From positions 60,001 through 92,000 of the forward strand of contig OZ007020.1 of assembly GCA_963931495.1 (NCBI GenBank): a stretch of 32,000 nucleotides of DNA, read 5' to 3'. A model generated the notes under the pieces. That model made no database searches. It had not been told where the DNA came from and was given only the letters and a program-made list of their open reading frames with translations. Positions 1 through 8,695 of this stretch are shown here, piece after piece. The position numbers were made by a program, and so were the translations under genes. This stretch comes from an uncultured Alphaproteobacteria bacterium (GTDB lineage: Bacteria > Pseudomonadota > Alphaproteobacteria > Rs-D84). The first letter of the stretch is position 1; each line of letters starts with the position of its first letter.

Positions 1-507
1 TGGTAATATTATACCAAACGGCAAACTTAACGACAGTTCTGGTATATACAGCGGAAATGTGCGGTTAATTAAATATGCCAAGATGATGACACACACACCT
101 TCCAGTGCCAAACGTGCCGCCGGCGACAGTCCATTTGATGCCTTGTGCGATTGGGATGATATTTTTTTATAATCATCGGCAAATCCGATTGCCCCAAACA
201 TCAACAATGACAACAGCGCAATCCATCCTGTGGGATTTGAAATCGGCATAAATAAAATACTGGGGATAATAATCGCAATGATTATCAGCAATCCGCCCAT
301 GCTGGGGGTGCCGGCCTTTTTTTTATGTTCAGCCGGAACATTTTCACTGATTGGTTGGCCCCTTTTTTGCCACCGATGCATTAAATTAATAAAAGGCCGA
401 CCGAACGCCAGCATTATTAAAAACGCAACGCCAAATGCCGCCGCAAATTGTGTCCAACCACTGGCAAAAAAAGTCGCACCACTGTCAAGAAATAACGAAG
501 TCAGCAT
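1..507 (-). CDS. mraY: Phospho-N-acetylmuramoyl-pentapeptide transferase MraY, N-terminal 169 codons (gene runs off the window start)
   Basis: Absent from the ORF track because it is edge-truncated. Manual reverse translation from the ATG at 507-505 gives MLTSLFLDSGATFF...GRPFINLMHRWQKRGQPISENVPAEHKKKAGTPSMGGLLIIIAI...GAIGFADDYKKISSQSHKASNGLS. The KAGTPxMGG and FxDDYxK motifs are typical of MraY. Confidence 0.85.
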   Translation of the reverse strand, partial: MLTSLFLDSGATFFASGWTQFAAAFGVAFLIMLAFGRPFINLMHRWQKRGQPISENVPAEHKKKAGTPSMGGLLIIIAIIIPSILFMPISNPTGWIALLSLLMFGAIGFADDYKKISSQSHKASNGLSPAARLALEGVCVIILAYLINRTFPLYIPELSLSLPFGIILP

Positions 508-568
508 TCTCAATTCCTTTGATTTAATTATACTGACATTCTATCACAGAAATCACGCAAAACAAAAA

Positions 569-862
569 CTATTTAACAGTACAATATATCGGCATGCCAT
601 CATCAAAAAACAGCATCCAATCCGAACCCTTGTTCCACAACGTCACATCTGTGCCATTTAATGTACCAACGTAACGCACCCCGGATGCGGATATCGCCAA
701 ATCCAGTGTCATCTTGGTCCCATCCAGATTAACATCCAAATGTTCACCATCCCCAGACAAATTTATACCAACGTCATGACTGTCACACTGCAAATTAAAT
801 TCATACATATCACATGCAGATACAACGAACATCGCACACAGACAAACCAGAATATTACGCAT
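569..862 (-). CDS. mliC: MliC-family lipoprotein (membrane-bound inhibitor of C-type lysozyme)
   Basis: 97 aa. Lipoprotein signal MRNILVCLCAMFVVSAC. The segment LAISASGVRYVGT...VTLWNKGSDWMLF matches the E. coli MliC core as I recall it (GISASGARYTDG...FWSKGDEATV). Confidence 0.7.
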   Translation of the reverse strand: MRNILVCLCAMFVVSACDMYEFNLQCDSHDVGINLSGDGEHLDVNLDGTKMTLDLAISASGVRYVGTLNGTDVTLWNKGSDWMLFFDDGMPIYCTVK

Positions 863-889
863 ATTTCCCCCCCATATTTGATTCCAGAA

Positions 890-2938
890 CTAAAACACAC
901 CGCCAACCGCCGGTCCAGACTGGCGTGCCGCCCGCTGTGGTGCCGGATTTGGATGTTGACCAGGCTTGAACGCTTCGGTAATAATCATGCCATTCGGGTC
1001 GTCTGATGCCGCCGCACCGGTGCGCCGATTGACACGAACAAACGTTAATCCATCTGGGATGGCAAACGGTTGATTTGTTTCATTTGCCAACGCAACACGC
1101 ATAAAATCAGCAAAAACACGGGCGGCCATATGACTGCCACTGCCGGGGCCAAGTGGCTTTGGGGTATCAAACCCTAAATAAACCCCCGCGATTAAATTCT
1201 TGGAAAATCCGACGAACCATACGTCTTTGACATCATTCGTGGTGCCTGTTTTTCCCGCAATTGTGTGGCCATATACACGTGCCTGTTTGCCGGTACCGCG
1301 TTCAACCGCCCCCTGTAAGATTGATACCATTTGATATAAACTTTGTGCATCTGACAATGGTTGGGATTCAGCAACACGTTCAGGTGGCAACAAATCTTCG
1401 TGCCATTCAATCAATTCTGTGACATTACCGCCAATGGCATGGCCATATCTGTCTTCTATATAATCCACCATTTTCGGCTGTATCGCGCGACCACCATTTA
1501 CAAATGCCGAATACCCAGTAACCAGCCGTTGCAACGTTGTTTCACCCGACCCCAATGCCAAAGACAAGTTAACATCGGCCAAATCATCTGGATATACCCC
1601 AAAACGCTGGGCCACTTCTATGGCGTTTTCAACCCCCAGTTGTTGAACCATGCGAACCGCCGGAATATTTCGTGATGTTTCAACCGCCAAACGCAGCGGT
1701 ATATCCCCCATAAATTTACGGTCATAATTTTCTGGTTTCCATAAACTGTTGTCCGCACGCAGTCCGACAATTGGGGCATCTAATATTAACGCTTCGGGTG
1801 ATATGTCACGTTCCAACGCCGCCAAGTAAACGAACGGCTTAATCGTACTGCCGATTTGGCGCATTGCCTGGGTTGCGCGGTTAAATGCACTGTCGGCAAA
1901 CGAACGCCCGCCCGACATCGCGACAATTCGCCCTGTATGCGGGTTCATGGCAATTATTGCGCCCTGTAACTTTGGTTCATCAGGCCCCAGTTTCGCATTA
2001 TATGCATCCAGTTCTTTGTTTAACGCCGCACTGGCCGCGTGTTGCAGTTCTGGGACAATTGTTGTTTTAATATACAACCCTTCGTTATACAGGGTTTCAC
2101 GCCCCAATGTATTCAGTAATTGCCGGCGCACTTCTTCGGCAAAATACTGGAAATCTTCTTCCATTTGTGCGGTAAAGCCACTGTTGATATTTAATGGTTC
2201 CGCCGCCGCGGCATCCGCCGCAGATTGGGTAATATATCCTTCTTCAACCATGCGACGCAGAACATAATTGCGGCGTTCAATCGCCATGTCGCGATTATTT
2301 GGCGCCTTGGGCAGTGATGCCAAAAACGCACATTCTGCCAATGTTAATTCAGATACAGGCTTGTTAAAATACATCAATGCCGCCGAACCAACACCATACG
2401 CACGCGCGCCCAAGAATATCTGGTTCAAATACAAGGTCATTATATGCTGTTTTGAAAACGTACGTTCCAGTCGCATGGCCAAAATAGCCTCTTTGATTTT
2501 GCGCGAAATCGTACGTTCAGGTGTTAAAAAGAAATTCTTTGCAACCTGTTGCGTGATGGTTGACGCCCCAGAAAAACGCGTATTAAATCCCAACATATTT
2601 AACGTATTGTTTACAACCGCACGCGCAATTCCCTGGACATCAATTCCGGGATGCGTCCAGAAATTTTGATCTTCGGCGGCAACAAATGCATTTACCAACT
2701 GGGGCGGTAAATCATTAAAATCAATAAAAACACGGCGTTCTTCGGCGTATTCAATCAGCAAACTGCCATCCGATGCATACAAACGTGTCGCAACCGGCGG
2801 CGCATAGGTCGCCAATTTTTTATAATCTGGCAAATCATTGCCATATATGAACACCAATACCGCCAACGCAGCAATTCCAATCGTAAAGCCCCAAAACAAG
2901 ATATTTAAGCAAATGCGCAGTACTTTTTTCAGTGTCAT
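890..2938 (-). CDS. mrcA: Class A penicillin-binding protein (PBP1A; transglycosylase + transpeptidase)
   Basis: 682 aa with an N-terminal TM anchor. GT51 motifs AAEDQNFWTHPGID and STITQQ. Transpeptidase motifs STIKPF (SxxK), SRN and KTGTT. Confidence 0.93.
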   Translation of the reverse strand: MTLKKVLRICLNILFWGFTIGIAALAVLVFIYGNDLPDYKKLATYAPPVATRLYASDGSLLIEYAEERRVFIDFNDLPPQLVNAFVAAEDQNFWTHPGIDVQGIARAVVNNTLNMLGFNTRFSGASTITQQVAKNFFLTPERTISRKIKEAILAMRLERTFSKQHIMTLYLNQIFLGARAYGVGSAALMYFNKPVSELTLAECAFLASLPKAPNNRDMAIERRNYVLRRMVEEGYITQSAADAAAAEPLNINSGFTAQMEEDFQYFAEEVRRQLLNTLGRETLYNEGLYIKTTIVPELQHAASAALNKELDAYNAKLGPDEPKLQGAIIAMNPHTGRIVAMSGGRSFADSAFNRATQAMRQIGSTIKPFVYLAALERDISPEALILDAPIVGLRADNSLWKPENYDRKFMGDIPLRLAVETSRNIPAVRMVQQLGVENAIEVAQRFGVYPDDLADVNLSLALGSGETTLQRLVTGYSAFVNGGRAIQPKMVDYIEDRYGHAIGGNVTELIEWHEDLLPPERVAESQPLSDAQSLYQMVSILQGAVERGTGKQARVYGHTIAGKTGTTNDVKDVWFVGFSKNLIAGVYLGFDTPKPLGPGSGSHMAARVFADFMRVALANETNQPFAIPDGLTFVRVNRRTGAAASDDPNGMIITEAFKPGQHPNPAPQRAARQSGPAVGGVF

Positions 2939-3164
2939 AACGTGCGAATTCTAGGATATTTATTATGCCTTTGCAAGTATTGTGTTTGCAATTTTTTGTG
3001 CCAGAAAATTTTATACTGGAAATATTTTTTTTTGCTGATAGAATTCAGCCTGCGTTGCGCAAGGTGTATCCTGCGGAAATATTTCTGTATACATCATTTT
3101 ACAAACAAGAATCATTTTGACCCGGAAAAAACAATCTGTGATGTTTCTCTCTCCTGAAAAGCAT

Positions 3165-3188
3165 CAAAAAAACTGCCGTCATGGCAGT
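3165..3188 (-). terminator. Second of two tandem rho-independent terminators after the rpmE/suhB-like unit
   Basis: On the minus strand: ACTGCC-atgac-GGCAGT followed by TTTTTTT. Confidence 0.55.
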
Positions 3189-3202
3189 ACCGGGTCACCC
3201 AC

Positions 3203-3227
3203 AAAAAAACGCCAAATTGGCGTTTTT
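3203..3227 (-). terminator. Rho-independent terminator immediately after the suhB-like stop codon
   Basis: ACGCCAA/TTGGCGT palindrome flanked by an A-run and a T-run. On the minus strand the stem is followed by TTTTTTTG. Confidence 0.6.
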
Positions 3228-3930
3228 ATAATTCTATTTTTCCGTTTGATGCAATTAATTCGCCATCCATTGTGACGCGACCGCCCGCTTCACGTACCAA
3301 CAGGTCCCCAGCGGCAATTTCGGCATAATCCAATATATCAGATACAAAACCATCAAATTTACCCGATGCAACCCATGCCATATCCAACGCCGGACATCCA
3401 GTACGGCGAACATCGCCAACAGTCGGGCGCGTCCCAGATGTGTTATATGCCACCGTTAAATCAGATGGTTCAGATAAATTAGAAACACGAACACGCGCCG
3501 AATGATATGCCGAAAACACATACGCACCACGATTCTGTTCGGCATAGTACAGGCGTTCGTCAATTGGTGAATACACCAATGCAATTTTCGTTTCGTCCCC
3601 AGAACGCAATGCCAACGATATTGCAAAGTGTGGATTGGCACGCACAAAATTCGCCGCACCCGATAACGACAAAACAAATTCGTCACGCGACGCCCCCGCA
3701 TGCGTTACATTCGGGGTCAACAACCCCGCCGATGGGCGCACCAACAACAAATCATCCAATATTGATTCTTCAATTCGGGCGGCAGCCTTGTTAACAAAAT
3801 CACGCGCACCGCGTAATGATTGTTGCAAATTTTCAACTTCGCCGAAATCATGACGTAACCCAGACGCCGTCCGTTGTAACGCCATAAACATCTTATTCAG
3901 TTCGGTTGAACCTTTGATTAACAAATCCAT
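3226..3930 (-). CDS. Inositol monophosphatase/SuhB-family protein with degenerate metal-binding motifs
   Basis: 234 aa. Aligns by eye to E. coli SuhB: NPHFAISLAL vs LPHFAVSIAV, RRTGCPALDMAWVASGKFDGF vs RRTGSAALDLAYVAAGRVDGF, and AAGDLLVREAGG vs AAGELLVREAGG. However, the EE and DPxDGT motifs read LLTPNV and LSLSGAANF. SD GGTGGGGG lies upstream of the ATG, 27 nt after rpmE. Confidence 0.8.
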   Translation of the reverse strand: MDLLIKGSTELNKMFMALQRTASGLRHDFGEVENLQQSLRGARDFVNKAAARIEESILDDLLLVRPSAGLLTPNVTHAGASRDEFVLSLSGAANFVRANPHFAISLALRSGDETKIALVYSPIDERLYYAEQNRGAYVFSAYHSARVRVSNLSEPSDLTVAYNTSGTRPTVGDVRRTGCPALDMAWVASGKFDGFVSDILDYAEIAAGDLLVREAGGRVTMDGELIASNGKIEL

Positions 3931-3957
3931 TTTATGCCCCCACCAGAAGCAATATTA

Positions 3958-4170
3958 TTAAAATTTGAATCCTGCGAATTTTGTTTTGAATTCAGATGCA
4001 CGACGCCCCTTGTCGGCGGCATCATTACGCTGGCCCGTCCATGCAGAATGATTCAGGTTATCCGTAGATAATACCAAATCTTTATTAACCGAAGAGAACA
4101 TTTCTATGGTTTTACCATCTGTTCTGGTTACTTTGATTGCATAGTATTCTGGATGAATCCCTTTTTTCAT
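3958..4170 (-). CDS. rpmE: 50S ribosomal protein L31 (no CxxC zinc motif)
   Basis: 70 aa: MKKGIHPEYYAIKV...HSAWTGQ...GRRASEFKTKFAGF, a typical L31. Confidence 0.92.
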   Translation of the reverse strand: MKKGIHPEYYAIKVTRTDGKTIEMFSSVNKDLVLSTDNLNHSAWTGQRNDAADKGRRASEFKTKFAGFKF

Positions 4171-4206
4171 CGTATTACCCTTTTATTAATTCTTTTAAGC
4201 CACGAA

Positions 4207-4234
4207 ATTATACAAGTATTTTTTCAGAAATCAA
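4207..4234 (-). promoter_or_regulatory. Candidate sigma70 promoter of rpmE
   Basis: Minus strand reads TTGATT-N16-TATAAT, about 35 nt upstream of the rpmE ATG. Confidence 0.45.
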
Positions 4235-4248
4235 GCAATATTCGCATA

Positions 4249-4767
4249 TTAATACCGGCCAATACATCCCAAATACGCATTGCCGGTTGATTCCAGAATA
4301 TTTATAAACTGGCCCTGGTTCTTTCCAGAAAACAACGCCAGTATCGTTCCGGCATCTGTGGCCAACATATCTGCAACTGTTGCGATTCCAGAATTCATTT
4401 TCTTGAAAAAACCACTGGCCGGGTATATTTCCGCCGCCAGCAATTGATTTTTACCGCCACGCGAATGCGCCATTGTATTGCCATCAGACACAATTACCAT
4501 CAATTGGCATTCCGGCGATATTATCAGTTTATCTGTTACAAGGGCATTGCCACCCAACAATTCCCCCCACCAGCCGGTGGATTCACAAAATACAGGATAA
4601 TATACCGTCGCCCCTGGATTGGCCGCCAATACCGATAGCAAATCAAAATCACCTGTTATAACATCAGGCATCACGCCGGTTTCGGTATTTATAACCTTGC
4701 GCGATAACTGGTAATCAGAATCACCGGTTGTATTGCGTGGCCAATAAAGAATCGGAAACTGTTTCAT
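4249..4767 (-). CDS. Hypothetical protein, 172 aa (no family recognised)
   Basis: Clean ORF with an ATG start, co-directional with neighbouring genes. No signal peptide or TM segment seen. Confidence 0.7.
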   Translation of the reverse strand: MKQFPILYWPRNTTGDSDYQLSRKVINTETGVMPDVITGDFDLLSVLAANPGATVYYPVFCESTGWWGELLGGNALVTDKLIISPECQLMVIVSDGNTMAHSRGGKNQLLAAEIYPASGFFKKMNSGIATVADMLATDAGTILALFSGKNQGQFINILESTGNAYLGCIGRY

Positions 4768-4784
4768 TGATATGAATTATATCA
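4768..4784 (-). promoter_or_regulatory. Extended -10 promoter placed 8 nt from the ATG (leaderless-type)
   Basis: Minus strand reads TGATATAAT-tcatatca-ATG(4767). Confidence 0.45.
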
Positions 4785-4835
4785 GATTCGGATGATACAA
4801 AAAAGGGGGTGGCGTTAAATAAAGGACTTGATTTT

Positions 4836-6125
4836 TTATTTTTTTAATGATTCGTACCATTTCTTGGCATTTGCCCACACTTTATTTATGTCTTTTTTGG
4901 CTGTTTCATAGAAAGTTTGCGGTATTTCAACCTGGCTGAACAAAGTTTTTACTAATGCCGGTATCATTGTCATAAACATCGCGACAAATATTCCCATCAG
5001 CAGAATCGTTATTATACTGTCATTACGCATCATCAATCCGTCCATCAGCAATGTTGCATCGTTTTGTGCCAATGCCGCCGCCAATCTGTCAGCACCATGC
5101 CAGCGACCAAACACTGCATTCAAAAACATTACGGCAAATGTTATAAACACCCCAACCAGCGCAATTCCCAATGTAGATTTTATAACATCATCTATGATAC
5201 TGCGTATATTACGCCCACCGTTTGGGAAAATCGGCCAGCCTTTGAACAGCCACGACAGCAGCATTAATGGCAACATTATTAAATCCATAGACAATTTTAT
5301 AAAAACTTCCAGAAAATATAACGGAACGGGCAACAGCGCCATGAAAAACAGTACCAGTATTAATAACCCAGCAAAGAAAATCGGTACATTCGGAAATATT
5401 GGTATTACCCACATAATCTTGTGCATATATTCTTCATTAAACGCCATATTCAGCATAGTCCATCCGACCGTCATCCCCAGCCCAGTCATTTGATGTACAT
5501 TGGCAATTTCACATGCCAAACTGTGGCGCAAGTTCGGCGAAAACGCCCCAGATGACGCCGCATCAACGCTGGCCGATGTTGGGTCCGCCAACGCCGTCGC
5601 AACCATGCATTCGGCAAATTCATCATTTCCTGCGACGACACGATTTAACGACAGTCCGACATTAAATATTGGTTCAATAACAACACTGGTCAACAGCCGT
5701 GGTAATGGCGCCATCAGCAACGCACCAACAAAGCACAATTTTATCAGTTGCGTGCCAAAATTACCCGTCAGCGCCCATGGATCTTCTAATTTTGCGTTAA
5801 TAAATCCAGAAAACAATTTCCACGCAAACCAAACCGCCAATAATATCGCCGCAAATGGTAAAATAACCGTGCCAATTGCACTGTACACACGTGGTAACAG
5901 TCCACCCATTGTTGCCATAACATCAGAAAACATTTGGCACGACCAACATGTTGAAAAGAAATCCAGCGCATCAGACATATTAACCGGTGCCACGGTACGA
6001 TATATTGAAAAACCGGCAATTACACCAACGCCGGCAATTGCCCCAACAACAAATGGCGCAACAGCCCCCGCCGAAAATGGCAGAAAAGATAAAAAAATTA
6101 TCCAGAATTTTTTTAGTCTGTTCAT
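4836..6125 (-). CDS. Polytopic membrane protein, paralog 1 of 5 (tentatively TrbL/VirB6-like)
   Basis: ORF track gives 4836..6203. I trimmed it to the ATG at 6125 (MNRLKKFWIIFLSFLPFSAGA...), which has a signal-like N-terminus and a -10 box 8 nt upstream. 429 aa with at least 8 hydrophobic segments. Contains a CWSC motif and a loop Cys pair (ECMV...ACEI). The block LLILVLFFMALLPVPLYF...LPLMLLSWLFKGW is present. Lys-rich tail AKKDINKVWANAKKWYESLKK. Confidence 0.85.
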   Translation of the reverse strand: MNRLKKFWIIFLSFLPFSAGAVAPFVVGAIAGVGVIAGFSIYRTVAPVNMSDALDFFSTCWSCQMFSDVMATMGGLLPRVYSAIGTVILPFAAILLAVWFAWKLFSGFINAKLEDPWALTGNFGTQLIKLCFVGALLMAPLPRLLTSVVIEPIFNVGLSLNRVVAGNDEFAECMVATALADPTSASVDAASSGAFSPNLRHSLACEIANVHQMTGLGMTVGWTMLNMAFNEEYMHKIMWVIPIFPNVPIFFAGLLILVLFFMALLPVPLYFLEVFIKLSMDLIMLPLMLLSWLFKGWPIFPNGGRNIRSIIDDVIKSTLGIALVGVFITFAVMFLNAVFGRWHGADRLAAALAQNDATLLMDGLMMRNDSIITILLMGIFVAMFMTMIPALVKTLFSQVEIPQTFYETAKKDINKVWANAKKWYESLKK

Positions 6126-6194
6126 TGTTTTTAAGTATATCATATTTTGCATTAAATGTGATATAATTGAAAAGATAAAATTAATGTTGGGGGG
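6126..6194. promoter_or_regulatory. 69-bp divergent promoter region between paralog 1 (-) and paralog 2 (+)
   Basis: Minus strand: TGATATACT (-10 at 6134-6139), then 8 nt to the ATG at 6125. Plus strand: TGATATAAT (-10 at 6162-6167), then a ~27-nt leader ending in GGGGGG directly before the ATG at 6195. Confidence 0.5.
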
Positions 6195-7490
6195 ATGAAT
6201 CAATTAAAGTCAAAAATCTTGGCGATTATAACGCGCATAATTCCAGTGATTGTATGCGTCGCTGTGTTTTGCACATCATCCAGTGCGTATGCCGCCGATT
6301 ATTCATTGGTTGATTCACTGAATCTGGCCCCGTTTATCCCAATAATCCTGGATGCATTGATGGCCATTGCAACCGGTGGTTATGAATTTTTTGTCGGCAA
6401 CGGCGATGGTATTATTTATATCTTGGTTTGGGGATTCTTGGCCATATCATTGGCGGGATATTTATTAAAACTGTATTTTCCGAAAACATTTTCATCCATG
6501 CTGGATATTTCTGGTGGGGAATCTATGTCAGATGGCGTCGGTGGCATGACAATCGCAACAAATATGTTAAAGCCCACCATACGCGCAATTATCGCAGCGG
6601 TTGTATTATTGCAATTAAAGCCGATATATCTGACCGAATGGCTGGTTAACCCGTTTTTGCAGTTCGGCGCAATCTATACCGAAAGTATACTGGACACATT
6701 AAACGACACTGGAATTTCCGCCCCAGACGTTGAATGCCCGCCATCAGTTATTCAACAAGGATGGATTTCACAATCCAGTTGTGAATTTTTGGTGCAACCT
6801 GTGGCAGATATATCACACGCAAATAACCAGGTGATTAAACGCGGATTTGATTTCTTGACCAATGGGTTGCGCGGGATGTTAACCCTGATTCCGCACGGCG
6901 GTGAAAATCTGTTGAACGTGGTTACAGGACTGGTTTTAATCTTCACATTTGTGGCCAGCAATTTGTTTATGGCGATGCTGATTATCCAGGCGATATTTAA
7001 CTTTGGCATGGCGCTGGTGCTGTATCCATTCCAGGTCCTGGCATACGTGGCAAAACGCAGTGATAAATGGTTTGATATCTGGCCGGCGTTTGGCGGTATT
7101 ATCAAGGCACTGCAAAAACTGGTCATAACAATGATTGCATGTGCGTTTATATTGTGTGTAAATGTTGCGATTATAAAATCGTTGTTTCAATGGAGTTCAT
7201 CGGTATTCGTCGTTGCCGCCGGCGGGGTTGCGACATCTAATGTCCCCCAGGTTGCAAACACTGCGTTGGGATTCGGCCAACATTCGTTATTGTGGATGTC
7301 GTCAATACTAACGTTCTATTTGATGATGAAGATATTTAATTTAACACGTGAAAAATTGAATGAATATGTTGGTGCCGGGATGGACAACATGTACAACACG
7401 GTAAAGAAAGACACAACAAAATTGGTTAATAAAACAAAAGATTTTGGTAAAACAATTGGTAAAGCAATCGGGTGGATTAAAAAGAAATGA
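6195..7490 (+). CDS. Polytopic membrane protein, paralog 2 of 5 (tentatively TrbL/VirB6-like)
   Basis: 431 aa. Signal peptide ...VCVAVFCTSSSAYA/AD. Loop Cys pair (ECPP...SCEF). TM block LIFTFVASNLFMAMLIIQAIFNFGMALVLYPFQVLAYVAKRSDKW. Tail VKKDTTKLVNKTKDFGKTIGKAIGWIKKK. The stop overlaps the next start (ATGA at 7487-7490). Confidence 0.88.
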   Translation: MNQLKSKILAIITRIIPVIVCVAVFCTSSSAYAADYSLVDSLNLAPFIPIILDALMAIATGGYEFFVGNGDGIIYILVWGFLAISLAGYLLKLYFPKTFSSMLDISGGESMSDGVGGMTIATNMLKPTIRAIIAAVVLLQLKPIYLTEWLVNPFLQFGAIYTESILDTLNDTGISAPDVECPPSVIQQGWISQSSCEFLVQPVADISHANNQVIKRGFDFLTNGLRGMLTLIPHGGENLLNVVTGLVLIFTFVASNLFMAMLIIQAIFNFGMALVLYPFQVLAYVAKRSDKWFDIWPAFGGIIKALQKLVITMIACAFILCVNVAIIKSLFQWSSSVFVVAAGGVATSNVPQVANTALGFGQHSLLWMSSILTFYLMMKIFNLTREKLNEYVGAGMDNMYNTVKKDTTKLVNKTKDFGKTIGKAIGWIKKK

Positions 7491-8695
7491 ACGAATTTAT
7501 GAATTCTTTGGTTGATTCATCCGTACAGTGCTGGGGCTGTCCGGTGTTTGACCGGCTGTTCCAGATTGTGTCTGATGCGGCCGGGGCCGTGTATAATCAA
7601 TTTGTAATATTCTGTGCGATTATATTCTGTGTATTGTTCGCATTTTTCGTGATAAATGCCGTGTGGAAAAATATCAAGGGCGGCGTCGGTGACCCGTGGT
7701 ATCAGAAATCTGTTAAGCCTGTGATCATAAATTCACTGGTATCGTTGACTTTTTTAAGCATGGGGGTTTATCTGCCGCGGTTTGTGACAACAATTACTTT
7801 TGAACCCGTCGCAGATTTAGCATTAATATATACACAGAGTATGTTGCAAACAGATTCTGAAACACTAAATGAAAAAGTAACATATCAACCAATGAAAATG
7901 TCTGATGATGGTTTCTATCGCCCGCAACTGCGCGATAAAATCATTATGCTGATGAAGACAACAATAACCCAATTCCAATCGTATATGAAACTGGGGATTG
8001 CGGTTATGGATGGGGCATTTTCAATACGCGCATTATTGGGCATCGGCAATTTAATTAAGCATATTATACTGTTCTTTGTCGGGTTGTATTTATTTTATGG
8101 GTTCTTTAAGTTATTTGTACGGTTCTGTTTTTACTTTGCCGATATAATTGTCGCGATGACATTTTTTGCATTCTTTTTCCCATTGTCCCTGATTCTGATG
8201 GCGTTCAAGGGCGCAGATAATGTCCCACAATGGATTTCTGGACTGGGGCGCGGTATCGGCGTTGGGGAATTCAAACGATTAATTAACGCAATTATTACAC
8301 TGGCGGCCGCGGTGTTAACATACAGTGTTATAATGACAATTATTGCAAAATTCTTTGCCGCCCCGGGACAATCAGCCGCGGAAATAATGGAACTGATAAC
8401 CAGCGGAAATATATTTGCGACAGATTTATCGTTTGATAATCTGGAAAATATAACACTGGTATCATGCATAATACTGGTGTACGTGTTAAATTTCATATAT
8501 GCACAAATCCCCAGCATTACAAATATGGTACTGGGGACATTCGGCGTCAAAGAAGAAAACAAATTAAGTGAACAATTGGCTGATGATGCAATGGCATTAA
8601 CTAAAAATATCGCAAACGTTGCGAAAACAGTTGGAAAAAATATCATCAGTGGTGGCGAAACAAAAACAGACGGCGCAAAAAAGGACGGTAAATGA
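7487..8695 (+). CDS. Polytopic membrane protein, paralog 3 of 5 (tentatively TrbL/VirB6-like)
   Basis: 402 aa. N-terminal CWGC motif followed by FDRLFQIV, then a TM segment. About 7 hydrophobic segments. Block FFAFFFPLSLILMAFKGADNVPQW. Tail ...AKTVGKNIISGGETKTDGAKKDGK. ATGA overlap with the next gene at 8692-8695. Confidence 0.88.
   Translation: MNEFMNSLVDSSVQCWGCPVFDRLFQIVSDAAGAVYNQFVIFCAIIFCVLFAFFVINAVWKNIKGGVGDPWYQKSVKPVIINSLVSLTFLSMGVYLPRFVTTITFEPVADLALIYTQSMLQTDSETLNEKVTYQPMKMSDDGFYRPQLRDKIIMLMKTTITQFQSYMKLGIAVMDGAFSIRALLGIGNLIKHIILFFVGLYLFYGFFKLFVRFCFYFADIIVAMTFFAFFFPLSLILMAFKGADNVPQWISGLGRGIGVGEFKRLINAIITLAAAVLTYSVIMTIIAKFFAAPGQSAAEIMELITSGNIFATDLSFDNLENITLVSCIILVYVLNFIYAQIPSITNMVLGTFGVKEENKLSEQLADDAMALTKNIANVAKTVGKNIISGGETKTDGAKKDGK

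Noticed and set aside
230-661. 143-aa plus-strand ORF
   Set aside because: It lies antisense to the clearly recognisable mraY N-terminus (1-507, minus) and runs into the MliC-like gene. The sequence is low-complexity and hydrophobic with no motif.
4249-4767. Possible family assignment for the 172-aa protein (I considered a phosphodiester glycosidase / NAGPA-like domain)
   Set aside because: Only vague resemblance (VIVSDGNTMAHSRGG) and no diagnostic motif. Left as hypothetical.
5500-6198. 232-aa plus-strand ORF, together with other ORFs antisense to the membrane-protein genes (5064-5493, 6752-7190, 8131-8646, 8646-9307, 9379-10326, 11133-11426)
   Set aside because: These are shadow ORFs opposite long, coherent TM-protein genes. 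They have no start context and their composition mirrors the sense genes.
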